A stretch of DNA of 56,544 bases, taken from positions 1-56,544 of the IMG/VR virus record IMGVR_UViG_3300046779_000899, one strand, 5' to 3'. The notes under the pieces were generated by a model. It saw nothing but the letters and a program-made list of their open reading frames with translations. It was not told the origin of the DNA and did no database searches. Made by a program: the position numbers and the translations under genes. The stretch comes from a virus (Duplodnaviria; Caudoviricetes). Below, piece after piece: positions 10,326 to 20,581 of this stretch. How positions within the stretch are numbered: position 1 is the first letter of the stretch; each line of letters opens with the position of its first letter.

Positions 10326-11483
10326 ATGATTACTAATACTGGAAAAGACATTATTGCCAAATACCTAATTGGCCAGGCACCAGCGTATGCCTCATACATT
10401 GCTGTTGGCTGTGGAGCAAAGCCACTAAGCTCTGACGGAGTGCTAGGGGACTACTCTGACAAGAAGAATTTAGACTTTGAAATGTTCCGTGTACCTATTA
10501 TTTCACGAGGGTATGTAAACGAAGATGACATTTCAAAGGTTGTATTTACTGCAGAACTACCTTCTGAAGAAAGATATGAAATAACTGAAGTTGGAGTTTA
10601 CTCTGCTGGTTCTAACCCAGCTGTAGGGGCATATGACAGTAAAACTCTTTATGCATTTAATAATGAGGCTTGGGAATATCACAGCGTAAATCCAGCCCAG
10701 GCAATAGCAATTCCAACAATCTATGAGCCATTGGATGGAGACTTTAAGGATAATGGAATCCATGATGAGGCAGGATATCCAGCAGAAGGAAAGCCAGTAT
10801 TTCAAACCAATGCAGATAACAGAATTTTTGCAGATATCACAAGAACTGCAAGATATGAGAGATGTAGATTTTTAAATAATATTATTGTTATGTCTGGAGA
10901 CAGTTCTACTCTTACACTGTCTGGGGGACATCTTTCTCCAGATGAAAACTCAAACCACATTCACCTAATTGGTGCCAACCTTAGCCTTAATCAGAATGCT
11001 CCAAATGATGAGCTTAGGCTTGCCTTTTCTGTTATCAATAAGTCGGTAGAGGATCCAGATCCAGACACAGTAAAGATACTTCTTGAGTTTGCATCAACAG
11101 ATGTCCATAATGAAGCTGGCTCTCAGTTTGCTAGATTTGAAGTAGTTCTGGAAAACGGCACTGGCCCAGGGCAGCAAGATTTTTCTACCAATAGGTACGT
11201 GGTGTCCAAGAAACAGCTACAGGAACTATACAAGAGTAATGGGTTTACGTGGAGCACTGTTGATGTTGTTAAGATATATGCCTCAGTTGAAGTAGATGGT
11301 GTGCCATCAGAAAACTATTACGTATGTTTGGATGCACTAAGGCTGCAAAATCTTTCCACTGCTAATCCGCTATACGGACTAACTGGATATTCTGTAATTA
11401 GAAATAAGGATTCTCAAACGATTGTAAAAGCCGCTAACACCACCAACTTCATTGAGTTTAGATTTGCAATGGACGTGCAATAA
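10326..11483 (+). CDS. Putative tail/baseplate protein
   Basis: N-terminus MITNTGK...YIAVGCG...ITEVGVY resembles tail-fibre/baseplate attachment domains. Confidence 0.55.
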   Translation: MITNTGKDIIAKYLIGQAPAYASYIAVGCGAKPLSSDGVLGDYSDKKNLDFEMFRVPIISRGYVNEDDISKVVFTAELPSEERYEITEVGVYSAGSNPAVGAYDSKTLYAFNNEAWEYHSVNPAQAIAIPTIYEPLDGDFKDNGIHDEAGYPAEGKPVFQTNADNRIFADITRTARYERCRFLNNIIVMSGDSSTLTLSGGHLSPDENSNHIHLIGANLSLNQNAPNDELRLAFSVINKSVEDPDPDTVKILLEFASTDVHNEAGSQFARFEVVLENGTGPGQQDFSTNRYVVSKKQLQELYKSNGFTWSTVDVVKIYASVEVDGVPSENYYVCLDALRLQNLSTANPLYGLTGYSVIRNKDSQTIVKAANTTNFIEFRFAMDVQ

Positions 11484-11986
11484 TGGCTGATCAAGGAATC
11501 AAGAATGTCACCATTCTAAATGCCGATCTTCCTATTATTAATGCAAAGATTAACGGCTATGCTGTCCGCTATAGAATAGTGTCTGAAGACAAAAACAGAA
11601 CTTCTCACTGGTCACCAGTTCATTACCTAGATGCTGGATACACATATGTTCCTGGACAGGACCCAGATGTCATAAAGACTGGTAATGCTGTATCTGTAGT
11701 ATGGGACAAGGTAGAGATTCTAAAAAATGGCAACTCTATTGGGAAGATTAGAGACTACGAGCTATGGATAAAATGGGGTAAGTCTGGTAATGGCGACTGG
11801 ATTTACGAGGGTAAGTCTAGTGTAAATAGCCTATTAACCATGATTCCACAAACATATTATGTAAATGGTGTAGAGCAGCTAGAAAAGCCAAACCAGTTTT
11901 CTATAGAGATTTATCTGGAGAGTGTTCCAGTTTCTAGGGATAACACTGGACTGCTTATGTATTCAGCGTCCAACGTAACTGTTTAA
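11483..11986 (+). CDS. Putative structural protein
   Basis: Coupled to the previous gene (TAATG); beta-rich. Confidence 0.45.
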   Translation: MADQGIKNVTILNADLPIINAKINGYAVRYRIVSEDKNRTSHWSPVHYLDAGYTYVPGQDPDVIKTGNAVSVVWDKVEILKNGNSIGKIRDYELWIKWGKSGNGDWIYEGKSSVNSLLTMIPQTYYVNGVEQLEKPNQFSIEIYLESVPVSRDNTGLLMYSASNVTV

Positions 11987-12002
11987 TGGTATAATATAGA
12001 TT

Positions 12003-12449
12003 ATGGCAAAAATTCCGCTACCTCAAAGAGGACAACCAATCGATCTGGCATACCTATATGAGATTGCAAATGCTATCAATAATCTATCTGCACAGATTTC
12101 ACCATCAGCATATAAGTACGTGACCGTAGATACCCCAACATCTGGTAAGCAGAATGTCAAGGCATCTGAGGCAAAAATTATTGGTGGGTACATTGAAGTA
12201 GCTAATAACAGCACTGTTTCTGCCAGTAACGAAAAAGAGTTTTCTTATGCAATTACAGGCGGAGAGTTTAAGTACGCACCAATTGTTACTGCAACCCCAG
12301 TTATGATCGGAACTACAGATGCTGGTAAAAGTGCTAGCGTTATTTTAAAGAATGTAACAACTTCAAAGGTAGAGGGCATTGTTAAGTTCAATGTTTCTGG
12401 AGATGCCAAGGTTGGAATTAACCTGATTATTGTAGGTATTCCTAACTAG
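12003..12449 (+). CDS. Putative tail-associated protein
   Basis: End of the tail module; beta-rich C-terminus (FKYAPIVTAT...INLIIVGIP). Confidence 0.45.
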   Translation: MAKIPLPQRGQPIDLAYLYEIANAINNLSAQISPSAYKYVTVDTPTSGKQNVKASEAKIIGGYIEVANNSTVSASNEKEFSYAITGGEFKYAPIVTATPVMIGTTDAGKSASVILKNVTTSKVEGIVKFNVSGDAKVGINLIIVGIPN

Positions 12450-12457
12450 GAGATATA

Positions 12458-13000
12458 GTGTCTATCAAAAAAGGTAGCATTGAGCAAGAAGGTTATAACT
12501 CTGCTCCAATAATTCCTGGAAGTAAAAAAGTCTGGTTTCTTAATGGAGACCTAGTTCGTGTACACCATCTGAACAAATCAAACGGCATTATGTCTGTTTA
12601 TAATATTATTAAAGATCAGATTGAAAGCTGCTTAATTAGTGATTTTAAGAAAAACCGTGAACGTGCTTTTACTGTCGGAGAGACCGCAACTTTGGTAAAT
12701 AGGCATAAAAAGTACATGCCCAATCTTATGAAACGTGGAGTGATTCCATTTCCTACTGGATCTCAAAAAGGTGGGGCAACTGGCTGGCAGGTAAGAAGTT
12801 ATTATTCAGAGTCGCAAGTTCGTGAAATTCGTGATATACTAGCCTCCTACCATCAGGGTAGACCAAGAGCAGATAAATTAATAACAAATGACATAACTCC
12901 TTCACGTCAGGAGTTGACAAGGCGTATGGGTGATGGTATACTAACCTATACAAGGACAGAAGACGGACGATTCATTCCAATTTGGGGCGAATCTATATAG
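12458..13000 (+). CDS. HTH (MerR-like) DNA-binding protein
   Basis: FTVGETATLVNR...RSYYSESQVREIRDIL pattern. Confidence 0.55.
   Translation: MSIKKGSIEQEGYNSAPIIPGSKKVWFLNGDLVRVHHLNKSNGIMSVYNIIKDQIESCLISDFKKNRERAFTVGETATLVNRHKKYMPNLMKRGVIPFPTGSQKGGATGWQVRSYYSESQVREIRDILASYHQGRPRADKLITNDITPSRQELTRRMGDGILTYTRTEDGRFIPIWGESI
12914..12942 (+). promoter_or_regulatory. Promoter inside the HTH gene 3' end
   Basis: TTGACA-17-TATACT with TG extension. Confidence 0.75.
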
Positions 13001-13015
13001 TTAGGACAAACGGGT

Positions 13016-13207
13016 ATGGACGAAACTAAAATCAATGTGGCACTGGGCTACACTCTAAATTTGGGTAATTTCCAGTCATTACGAATTGACATTGGTATTC
13101 AAGACTCCAAGCGAGATGGAGAAACAACGAATGACGCATTTGAGCGTATCTATAAGTATGTAGAAACCAAGCTGGCAGAGAAGATCGCTGAGAACCAGGA
13201 TAGCTAA
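13016..13207 (+). CDS. Hypothetical protein
   Basis: Own promoter at 12914-12942; coupled to the next gene. Confidence 0.6.
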   Translation: MDETKINVALGYTLNLGNFQSLRIDIGIQDSKRDGETTNDAFERIYKYVETKLAEKIAENQDS

Positions 13208-13518
13208 TGGCTGTAGAACGCAAAGACCGTATGGCTTTGCTTTCTCGCTATAGCAAGCTTCACACTGCTAAGTATAAAGAAAAGCCTTTATTAAATTTAA
13301 ATGTCGAGCAATGGGCTGCTGATGCACTCATTGAGTCGTACGGACTACCATTTTGCTATGACTTGCTAGAGTACTACTTTGATACTGCACAGTCTCCAAC
13401 TTGGAAATACTTTGCCAACTATGCTGATAAGATTGTTGATGCAAGAGAAGACTATAAGAGAGATTTACAAGAGAGGGCCGAGCGTCGCAAGGCAGCAAAG
13501 GCGTGGTTAAATGAATAA
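13207..13518 (+). CDS. Hypothetical protein upstream of helicase (possible loader)
   Basis: Overlaps the dnaB start; function inferred from position only. Confidence 0.55.
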   Translation: MAVERKDRMALLSRYSKLHTAKYKEKPLLNLNVEQWAADALIESYGLPFCYDLLEYYFDTAQSPTWKYFANYADKIVDAREDYKRDLQERAERRKAAKAWLNE

Positions 13519-14731
13519 TACAGAATCAAAACTAATTTCAGCAGTGCTTTCAGACAAGCAGATGCATGTCCTACTTCAGGCTAACGTCGAGACACTATTA
13601 CGTACCCATAACGACATTTGGAACTTTATTCGAAACTATTCAGAGAATAATGGATCAGTTCCACCAGTAAATCTAGTTGTAGAAAAGTTCCGTGACTTTC
13701 AGCCAATACAGGGCGTGGGATCTACCAAGCATCACCTAGAAGAGCTACAGGTAGAATACCTAAACGATAGCCTAAAGGATATCCTTCGATCTGCTGCTGC
13801 AGAAGTGCAGGGTGGCGAAGGCTCAAAGGCCCTAGAAGAGCTAATCACTAAGACATCAGAGCTAAAGAAGAATACCTCAGTTATTCGTGATATTGATGCC
13901 ACTGACCTTGAGTCTGCATTGGCATATTATGAAAACGTACAGAAGCAGAAAGAACTAGGTCAGCTTGGAATTAAGACTGGTCTGGCAGGCTTTGATAACT
14001 ATTTGCCAGCAGGAATTATGCCAGGTCAGCTTGGTGTGTTCCTAGCTTACCCAGGAATTGGTAAGTCGTGGATGGCACTATATTTTGCGGTACAGGCATG
14101 GAAGCAGGGCAAGTCGCCACTAATTATTTCTCTTGAAATGAGCGAGACAGAAGTTCGTAACCGTGTATTTACAATCATGGGTGAGGGACTATGGTCACAC
14201 CGTAAGTTGAGTGATGGACAGATTGACCTAGACGATCTAAAGCGTTGGCACAAGAAGGATCTTGCTGGCAAGCCAGAGTTCCATATTATCTCCAATGATT
14301 CTGGTGGAGAGGTGACTCCATCCGTTATTCGTGGAAAGATTGACCAGTACAAGCCAGATCTCATTATCGTGGACTATCTGCAGCTAATGAGTCCAAACCA
14401 GAAGTCTGACAATGAGACAGTACGCATGAAGAACCTATCTCGTGAACTAAAGCTTCTTGCAATTAGTGAAGAGATTCCAATTATTGCTATCTCGTCAGCT
14501 ACTCCAGATGACGTTAATAAGCTAGACACTGTTCCTACGCTAGGACAGACAGCCTGGTCTCGCCAGATTGCATACGATGCCGACTGGGTCTTAGCATTAG
14601 GTCGTGCGACTAACTCAGATATTATTGAGTGCGTATTCCGCAAGAACCGTAACGGCTTTATGGGTGAGTTTATGGTTCAGGCTGACTTCGACAAGGGCTG
14701 GTACAAATACAAGGACTTTGAAGATAACTAG
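13511..14731 (+). CDS. dnaB: Replicative DnaB-like helicase
   Basis: Walker A AYPGIGKS, ISLEMS, Walker B IIVDYLQLM, IAYDADWV, KNRNG. Confidence 0.95.
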   Translation: MNNTESKLISAVLSDKQMHVLLQANVETLLRTHNDIWNFIRNYSENNGSVPPVNLVVEKFRDFQPIQGVGSTKHHLEELQVEYLNDSLKDILRSAAAEVQGGEGSKALEELITKTSELKKNTSVIRDIDATDLESALAYYENVQKQKELGQLGIKTGLAGFDNYLPAGIMPGQLGVFLAYPGIGKSWMALYFAVQAWKQGKSPLIISLEMSETEVRNRVFTIMGEGLWSHRKLSDGQIDLDDLKRWHKKDLAGKPEFHIISNDSGGEVTPSVIRGKIDQYKPDLIIVDYLQLMSPNQKSDNETVRMKNLSRELKLLAISEEIPIIAISSATPDDVNKLDTVPTLGQTAWSRQIAYDADWVLALGRATNSDIIECVFRKNRNGFMGEFMVQADFDKGWYKYKDFEDN

Positions 14732-14743
14732 TTATAATTGTGT

Positions 14744-15088
14744 ATGATTAGCTTGCATCATAGGCCAATTAAGATGTTCTCTTTAGATGGCGTTATAAGT
14801 GATGAGAGAAACATTGCTAGGTTAAAAATTGAATACATAAGACTATTATTGCTAGAAATGAAGCTAGCTGGGTATGTGCAAAGATTGGATATTGACCCAG
14901 ACTTCACGATAAGCTATAATAATTACAAAGAATCATTTGAATTTAAATTATCAATACATGGAACATATATAGGGAAAAGAAGAAGCGAATGCGTAGTGGG
15001 GATAGACGGAACAAGGGTGATATATACACAGCCGAGCAAGTCAAGCGAGTCCTACTCGGATCAGGAATCACAATTGAATCAGAAGTAG
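14744..15088 (+). CDS. Hypothetical protein
   Basis: ATG 5 nt after TATAAT (14733-14738); its 3' end overlaps the primase ORF by 100 nt. Confidence 0.55.
   Translation: MISLHHRPIKMFSLDGVISDERNIARLKIEYIRLLLLEMKLAGYVQRLDIDPDFTISYNNYKESFEFKLSIHGTYIGKRRSECVVGIDGTRVIYTQPSKSSESYSDQESQLNQK
14892..14920 (+). promoter_or_regulatory. Primase promoter (intragenic)
   Basis: TTGACC-17-TATAAT. Confidence 0.7.
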
Positions 15089-15933
15089 ATTCAGACTACA
15101 TTATATTTTGTCCATTCCACAATAATTCTAGATCTCCAGCAGGAGAAGTCGATAAATCGAATGGCACATTCTTTTGCTTTTCTTGTCAGCATGTTGCAAG
15201 CCTAATAGAGGTTGTAATGCACACATCAGCTAGATCTTATTTTGAAGCCATTCGCTTCATCAAGAGCAAAGAGGCAGAGTCTAATCTGTCACAAGAAATT
15301 GGAAAGCAGCTAATAGCCAAACCCGACTTCGTACAATATGACCAAGTACTAATTAAAAGATTAAACCAGCAGGCTCTTGATTCACCACGAGCCATGCGTT
15401 ACTATGCTGGTAGACTTATCACAGAAGAATCTGTTAAAAAGTTTGGCCTCGGTTTTTCCGAAAAGCAGGACATGGTGACTATTCCAGTCCATTCTCCAGA
15501 TGGTATGGAGATTGGCTTTGTTGGCAGATCTATTGAGGGCAAAGAGTTTAAGAATACTCCAGGACTGCCAAAAAGCAAGACCTTATTCAATATTCATCGA
15601 GTTAAGGCATCTAATACAGTTTATGTGGTAGAATCGTCTTTCGATGCAATTAGATTGGATCAGTGTGGATTCCCAGCGGTAGCAACTTTGGGAGCCAACG
15701 TATCTACATCGCAAACAGACCTACTACAAAAATACTTCAATAATGTAATCGTTATTGCAGACAATGATGAAGCAGGCGGTAATATGAAAGACAGGATCTT
15801 GGAAAGACTTGGCTCACGTGTTACCGTAATTAAGATAGATAAACAATATAAGGATATTGGCGATATGTCTGATGAGGCTATTCTAGAATTAGACACATCA
15901 TTTGACAATTCTATTGCCAGTATGCTACAATAA
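14989..15933 (+). CDS. dnaG: DNA primase (zinc finger + Toprim)
   Basis: CPFH...CFSC zinc finger; VVESSFDA and DNDEAG Toprim motifs. Confidence 0.9.
   Translation: MRSGDRRNKGDIYTAEQVKRVLLGSGITIESEVDSDYIIFCPFHNNSRSPAGEVDKSNGTFFCFSCQHVASLIEVVMHTSARSYFEAIRFIKSKEAESNLSQEIGKQLIAKPDFVQYDQVLIKRLNQQALDSPRAMRYYAGRLITEESVKKFGLGFSEKQDMVTIPVHSPDGMEIGFVGRSIEGKEFKNTPGLPKSKTLFNIHRVKASNTVYVVESSFDAIRLDQCGFPAVATLGANVSTSQTDLLQKYFNNVIVIADNDEAGGNMKDRILERLGSRVTVIKIDKQYKDIGDMSDEAILELDTSFDNSIASMLQ
15902..15931 (+). promoter_or_regulatory. SSB promoter (in primase 3' end)
   Basis: TTGACA-18-TACAAT with TG extension. Confidence 0.7.
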
Positions 15934-15959
15934 AAAACCATTATAAAACAAGGAGAATA

Positions 15960-16613
15960 ATGAGCGTAATTAGAGGGCTAAAAGATATCGGTGCACTAGT
16001 CGATAAGCCAAAATATGAAAGCACAGGAGCAAAGGTTCGTTGGGTAAAGCTAGCTGACGGTCAATCAGCAAAGATCCGCTTTGTTGAGGAGCTTGATTCA
16101 GATTCTGCCAACTACTCTGAAGACCGTGGTCTTTCTGTAGTGATTGCAGAACACACAAACCCAAAGGACTTTAAGCGTAAGGCAGCATGTACCATGGACT
16201 CAGAGGGTCGCTGCTTTGGTTGTGAAATGGCACGTAAGGAGCCAAAGTCTGGATGGCGTTCACGCCTACGTTTCTACTGCAACGTGCTAGTAGATGACGG
16301 CACTGAAGATCCATACATTGCTGTATGGTCTCAGGGTATCTCAAAGCAGTCTGCTTTCAACAACATTCGTGAGTATGCACTAGATACTGGTTCTATCTCG
16401 AACCTGGAGTGGAAGCTAAAGCGTAATGGTCAGGGAACAGAGACCAACTATACTCTTCTACCAAGCAAGCCAGATACTGAGCCTTTTGTTTGGGGAGAGC
16501 ACGAGTTCTTCAACCTAGAGAAGGTTGTTCGTGAAGTTCCTTATGCAGAGCAGGAGTCGTTCTACTTTGGATTCGACACACCATCTGTTACCTCAAGTAA
16601 CATTGACTGGTAA
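15960..16613 (+). CDS. Single-stranded DNA-binding protein (gp32-like)
   Basis: Lies between primase and polymerase; Cys cluster C..CFGC, KRNGQGTETNY, acidic tail; strong AAGGAG RBS. Confidence 0.65.
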   Translation: MSVIRGLKDIGALVDKPKYESTGAKVRWVKLADGQSAKIRFVEELDSDSANYSEDRGLSVVIAEHTNPKDFKRKAACTMDSEGRCFGCEMARKEPKSGWRSRLRFYCNVLVDDGTEDPYIAVWSQGISKQSAFNNIREYALDTGSISNLEWKLKRNGQGTETNYTLLPSKPDTEPFVWGEHEFFNLEKVVREVPYAEQESFYFGFDTPSVTSSNIDW

Positions 16614-16625
16614 GAAATAATTTAG

Positions 16626-16660
16626 ATGGGGGTAGCTATCTGGCTACCCTCATTTATCTT
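16626..16660 (+). terminator. Intrinsic terminator-like hairpin
   Basis: ATGGGGGTAGC / GCTACCCTCAT stem followed by T-rich sequence. Confidence 0.65.
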
Positions 16661-16667
16661 ACACGTA

Positions 16668-16696
16668 TTGACAAGACGTTTAAACTGTGTCATAAT
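16668..16696 (+). promoter_or_regulatory. dnaE promoter
   Basis: TTGACA-17-CATAAT with TG extension. Confidence 0.7.
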
Positions 16697-16729
16697 TTTA
16701 TAAATTGTAAAAGTAGTATAAAGGAAAAT

Positions 16730-19700
16730 ATGAGCTACGTAGGTCTTCACGTCCACACACACTATAGTCTATTCGACGGAATTGCAACTCCTCAGGAATA
16801 TGTAAACCGAGCAGCTGAGCTAGGCATGCCAGCTATTGCAATTACAGACCATGGATCCTTGTCTGGACACAGAGAGATGTTCCGTGCAGCAAAGGAAAAG
16901 GGCATCAAGCCAATCCTTGGTGTTGAGGGATATATTACTAGAGATCGTCTAGATCACGAAGATAAAAAGAGCAAGAATGATCCACTGGATCTAAACTATA
17001 ACCACCTCATTATTCTTGCCAAGAATGATAAAGGGTTAGAGAATCTTAATAAGCTTAATGAGATTGGCTGGACAGAGGGATTCTTCAAGAAGCCACGCAT
17101 TGACTGGGAAGTGCTAGAGAAGTATAAGGATGGACTTATTATTACCTCTGGTTGTCTTTCTGGAGTATTGGCCAAGGCAATCGAGTCTGATAATCTAGCA
17201 TATGCAAAAGAACACATTAAGTGGTGTAAAGAGACTTTTGGCGATGACTACTATATTGAGGTAATGCCACACAACCCAGCTGAGATTAACAACATGTTGC
17301 TAGACTTGGCAGATGAGTTTGGGGTAAAGCCAGTAGTAACTCCAGACTGCCACCACTCAGACCCATCTCAAAAAGAGATTCAGGAGCTAAAGCTTATCCT
17401 TAACTCTTATGCTAATAAGACTGAGAAAGATGTTACATACGAAGAGTCAAAAGAGTATGACAATCTTATGGATCGTCTAGACTACCTATACGGCAAAGAT
17501 CGTCAGATGTCTTTTAACAAGTTTGAGATTCACCTACTATCTGATGAAGAAATGCGTAACTCTATGAAGGCTCAGGGTATCGACCGTGAGGACATGTACG
17601 AGACTACGCTAGAGATTATGAACAAAATTGAAGAATATTCAATTCGTGATAACCAGGACCTTCTACCTGTACAGTATCAGAATCCAGATGCAGAACTCTA
17701 CGAGCTAGCAATTGCTGGTCTAAAGCAGCGTGGCTTAGATACAAATGAAGAGTATCTGGCACGTCTAGACGAAGAGCTAAAGGTTATTAAGGATAAGAAG
17801 TTTGGTCCATACTTCCTTGTAGTTCGATCTATGATTGCCTGGGCTAAGAAAGAAGACATCATGGTGGGGCCAGGACGTGGTTCTGCTGCAGGCTCGCTAT
17901 TATGCTATGCTCTGGGAATTACAGACATTGATCCTATTCAGCATGGACTGTTGTTTTTCCGCTTTATTAACCCAGAGCGTAACGACTTCCCAGATATCGA
18001 TACAGATATTCAGGACTCACGTCGTGAAGAAGTAAAGGACTATCTGGTTCGTCAGTATCGTCACGTAGCCTCTATCGCCACCTTCCTTGAGTTTAAGGGC
18101 AAGGGTATTGTTCGTGATATTGCACGTGTACTTAACATCCCACTAGTTGACGTTAATAAGGTGCTGAAGGTTGTAGATGACTGGGATGACTACTGCACAT
18201 CAAAGCAGGCTGAATGGTTCCGTGAGAAGTATCCAGAGATCGAGTCATACGGAGAGCAGCTTCGTGGACGAATTCGTGGTACTGGCATTCACGCTGCTGG
18301 TGTTGTTACAGCCAAGGAGCCAATCTTTAAGTATGCTCCAATGGAGACACGAACTGCACCAGGAACAAAAGAGCGTATCCCAGTAGTTGCGGTAGATATG
18401 ACAGAGGCAGAGCGTATTGGTCTTATTAAGATTGACGCACTTGGACTCAAGACACTGTCTGTTATTCAGGATACTCTAAAGATTATTCAGGAACGTGAGG
18501 GTAAGACTATTGATTTGCACACCATAAACATGGAGGATGCAAATGTCTATAGAATGCTGTCTGATGGATTTACTAAGGGCGTATTCCAATGTGAAGCTAC
18601 ACCATATACCAACTTGCTAGTTAAGATGGGTGTCAAGAACTTTGCAGAGCTTGCAGCATCTAACGCCTTAGTTCGTCCAGGTGCTATGAATACTATTGGT
18701 AAGGACTATATTGCTCGTAAGCACGGTAAGCAAAACATCGCCTATCACCACACAGTAATGAAGGCTTTTACCCAGGAGACCTACGGATGTATTCTATATC
18801 AGGAACAGGTTATGCAGGCTTGTACAGAGCTTGGAGGCATGACGATGGCTGAGGCTGACAAGGTTCGTAAGATCATTGGTAAGAAGAAGGATGCCAAAGA
18901 GTTCGACCAGTTTAAGGATAGATTTGTCAAGGGAGCATCCCAATACCTATCGCCAAACGTCGCAGAAGAGCTCTGGACGGACTTTGAGGCTCACGCAGGG
19001 TATTCCTTTAACAAGTCTCACGCTGTAGCCTATTCAACGCTTTCTTACTGGACTGCATGGCTAAAGTACTACTACCCAATCGAGTTCATGTATTCATTGC
19101 TCAAGAATGAGGGTGACAAGGATGCCCGTACAGAGTATCTAATTGAGGCTAAGCGTATGGGTATTTCTATTAAGTTGCCACACATCAATGAGTCAGACAT
19201 TGACTTTAAGATTGAGGGCAAGGGAATCCGATTTGGGCTAAGTGCAATCAAGTACATCTCGGACAATATTGCTGGCAAATACATGGAGGCAAGACCATTC
19301 AGCTCATATAAGGAGCTAGAAGAGTTTACCTTTACCAAGGGAAGTGGTGTCAACAGCCGTGCACTTCAAGCACTGCGACTAGTTGGTGCTGCAACGTTTG
19401 AGGATAATCCTAGGAATGACGAAGAGATTCGTGAAAACCTATACGAGTACCTAAACTTGCCAGAATTCAACATGTCTGTTCCTGCACACTACCACGCATT
19501 TATTAATGACGTAGAGGAGTACGAGGAAAAGGGTGCTTTCATTTTGATGGGCATGGTTAAGACTATTAAGCGTGGCAAGGGCTGGTCTAGAGTAGAGATT
19601 CTAGACAAGACTGGCAGCGTTGGGGTATTTGACGAAGAGCAGACTGCAATTGAAACTGGTAAGACATACATTGTTCTTGCTAGCGATAATAGGATTGTAT

Positions 19701-20008
19701 CAGCAGTGCCAGTAGAAGACCTTAAGAATTCAACTAGCGGATTCGTTAAGTTCCTGAACTATAGAATGTTGCCATATAAGGATGACCAGAAGTTTGTGGT
19801 TTCTTTTAAGCCAAGAGTAACTAAGGCAGGAAAGAAGATGGCCTCGCTAGTCCTTGCAGACACTGACCGTGATCTACATTCAGTAACCGTATTCCCAACA
19901 GCATTTGCTAAGGCATACATGAAGATTGAAGAAGGTAATGCCTACAACTTTAAATTTGGACAAACAAAAGACGGAACAGTAATTATGGAGGATGTTGAAA
20001 GTGTTTGA
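16730..20008 (+). CDS. dnaE: DNA polymerase III alpha subunit
   Basis: PHP domain (HVHTHYSLFDG, AITDHG), GPGRGSAAGS, PDIDTD, KIDALGL, FNKSHAVAY, C-terminal OB folds. Confidence 0.97.
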   Translation: MSYVGLHVHTHYSLFDGIATPQEYVNRAAELGMPAIAITDHGSLSGHREMFRAAKEKGIKPILGVEGYITRDRLDHEDKKSKNDPLDLNYNHLIILAKNDKGLENLNKLNEIGWTEGFFKKPRIDWEVLEKYKDGLIITSGCLSGVLAKAIESDNLAYAKEHIKWCKETFGDDYYIEVMPHNPAEINNMLLDLADEFGVKPVVTPDCHHSDPSQKEIQELKLILNSYANKTEKDVTYEESKEYDNLMDRLDYLYGKDRQMSFNKFEIHLLSDEEMRNSMKAQGIDREDMYETTLEIMNKIEEYSIRDNQDLLPVQYQNPDAELYELAIAGLKQRGLDTNEEYLARLDEELKVIKDKKFGPYFLVVRSMIAWAKKEDIMVGPGRGSAAGSLLCYALGITDIDPIQHGLLFFRFINPERNDFPDIDTDIQDSRREEVKDYLVRQYRHVASIATFLEFKGKGIVRDIARVLNIPLVDVNKVLKVVDDWDDYCTSKQAEWFREKYPEIESYGEQLRGRIRGTGIHAAGVVTAKEPIFKYAPMETRTAPGTKERIPVVAVDMTEAERIGLIKIDALGLKTLSVIQDTLKIIQEREGKTIDLHTINMEDANVYRMLSDGFTKGVFQCEATPYTNLLVKMGVKNFAELAASNALVRPGAMNTIGKDYIARKHGKQNIAYHHTVMKAFTQETYGCILYQEQVMQACTELGGMTMAEADKVRKIIGKKKDAKEFDQFKDRFVKGASQYLSPNVAEELWTDFEAHAGYSFNKSHAVAYSTLSYWTAWLKYYYPIEFMYSLLKNEGDKDARTEYLIEAKRMGISIKLPHINESDIDFKIEGKGIRFGLSAIKYISDNIAGKYMEARPFSSYKELEEFTFTKGSGVNSRALQALRLVGAATFEDNPRNDEEIRENLYEYLNLPEFNMSVPAHYHAFINDVEEYEEKGAFILMGMVKTIKRGKGWSRVEILDKTGSVGVFDEEQTAIETGKTYIVLASDNRIVSAVPVEDLKNSTSGFVKFLNYRMLPYKDDQKFVVSFKPRVTKAGKKMASLVLADTDRDLHSVTVFPTAFAKAYMKIEEGNAYNFKFGQTKDGTVIMEDVESV

Positions 20009-20348
20009 TGAAATTGCTAAAGAGCTACATGAGGTAGCACAGGAAAAAGGTTTTTGGGATATGTTGGATGGCCATCTGGCTACCACATCTCAGGAACAAA
20101 GGGATATTTTTATGACCAAGCAACTAATGATGATAGTATCAGAAGCTGTAGAAGTTATGGAAGCAATTAGAAAGTCGCATGGTCCAGAAGCAGTTGCGGA
20201 TGAGATGGCGGATATTATTATTCGCACACTTGATCTATATGCTGGCCTTTTGGATTGGGAGTACACAAATGTATCATTGGACGAGGCATTTGAGAAAAAG
20301 ACTGGATACAACAAGACTCGTCCAGAAAGACATGGAGTGAAATTCTAA
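19992..20348 (+). CDS. MazG-like NTP pyrophosphohydrolase
   Basis: SEAVEVMEA...DEMADIIIR motif. Confidence 0.8.
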   Translation: MLKVFDEIAKELHEVAQEKGFWDMLDGHLATTSQEQRDIFMTKQLMMIVSEAVEVMEAIRKSHGPEAVADEMADIIIRTLDLYAGLLDWEYTNVSLDEAFEKKTGYNKTRPERHGVKF

Positions 20349-20581
20349 TGACCGTAACAGTATACACAAAGCCATCATGCGTACAGTGTGATCAAACCAA
20401 GAGGTTTCTTGACAAGGCTAATATTGAATATAAGACGATTGATATTACAGAAGATCAAGAGGCATTTGACAAGATTATTGGAATGGGCTTTAAGTCAGCA
20501 CCAGTAGTAATGACAGATAAAGACTCTTGGGCAGGATTCAATCCATCTAAGCTTTCTAAGTTAGTAGAGGAGTCGCTATAA
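20348..20581 (+). CDS. nrdH: NrdH glutaredoxin-like protein
   Basis: VYTKPSCVQC, SAPVV, WAGF. Confidence 0.92.
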   Translation: MTVTVYTKPSCVQCDQTKRFLDKANIEYKTIDITEDQEAFDKIIGMGFKSAPVVMTDKDSWAGFNPSKLSKLVEESL

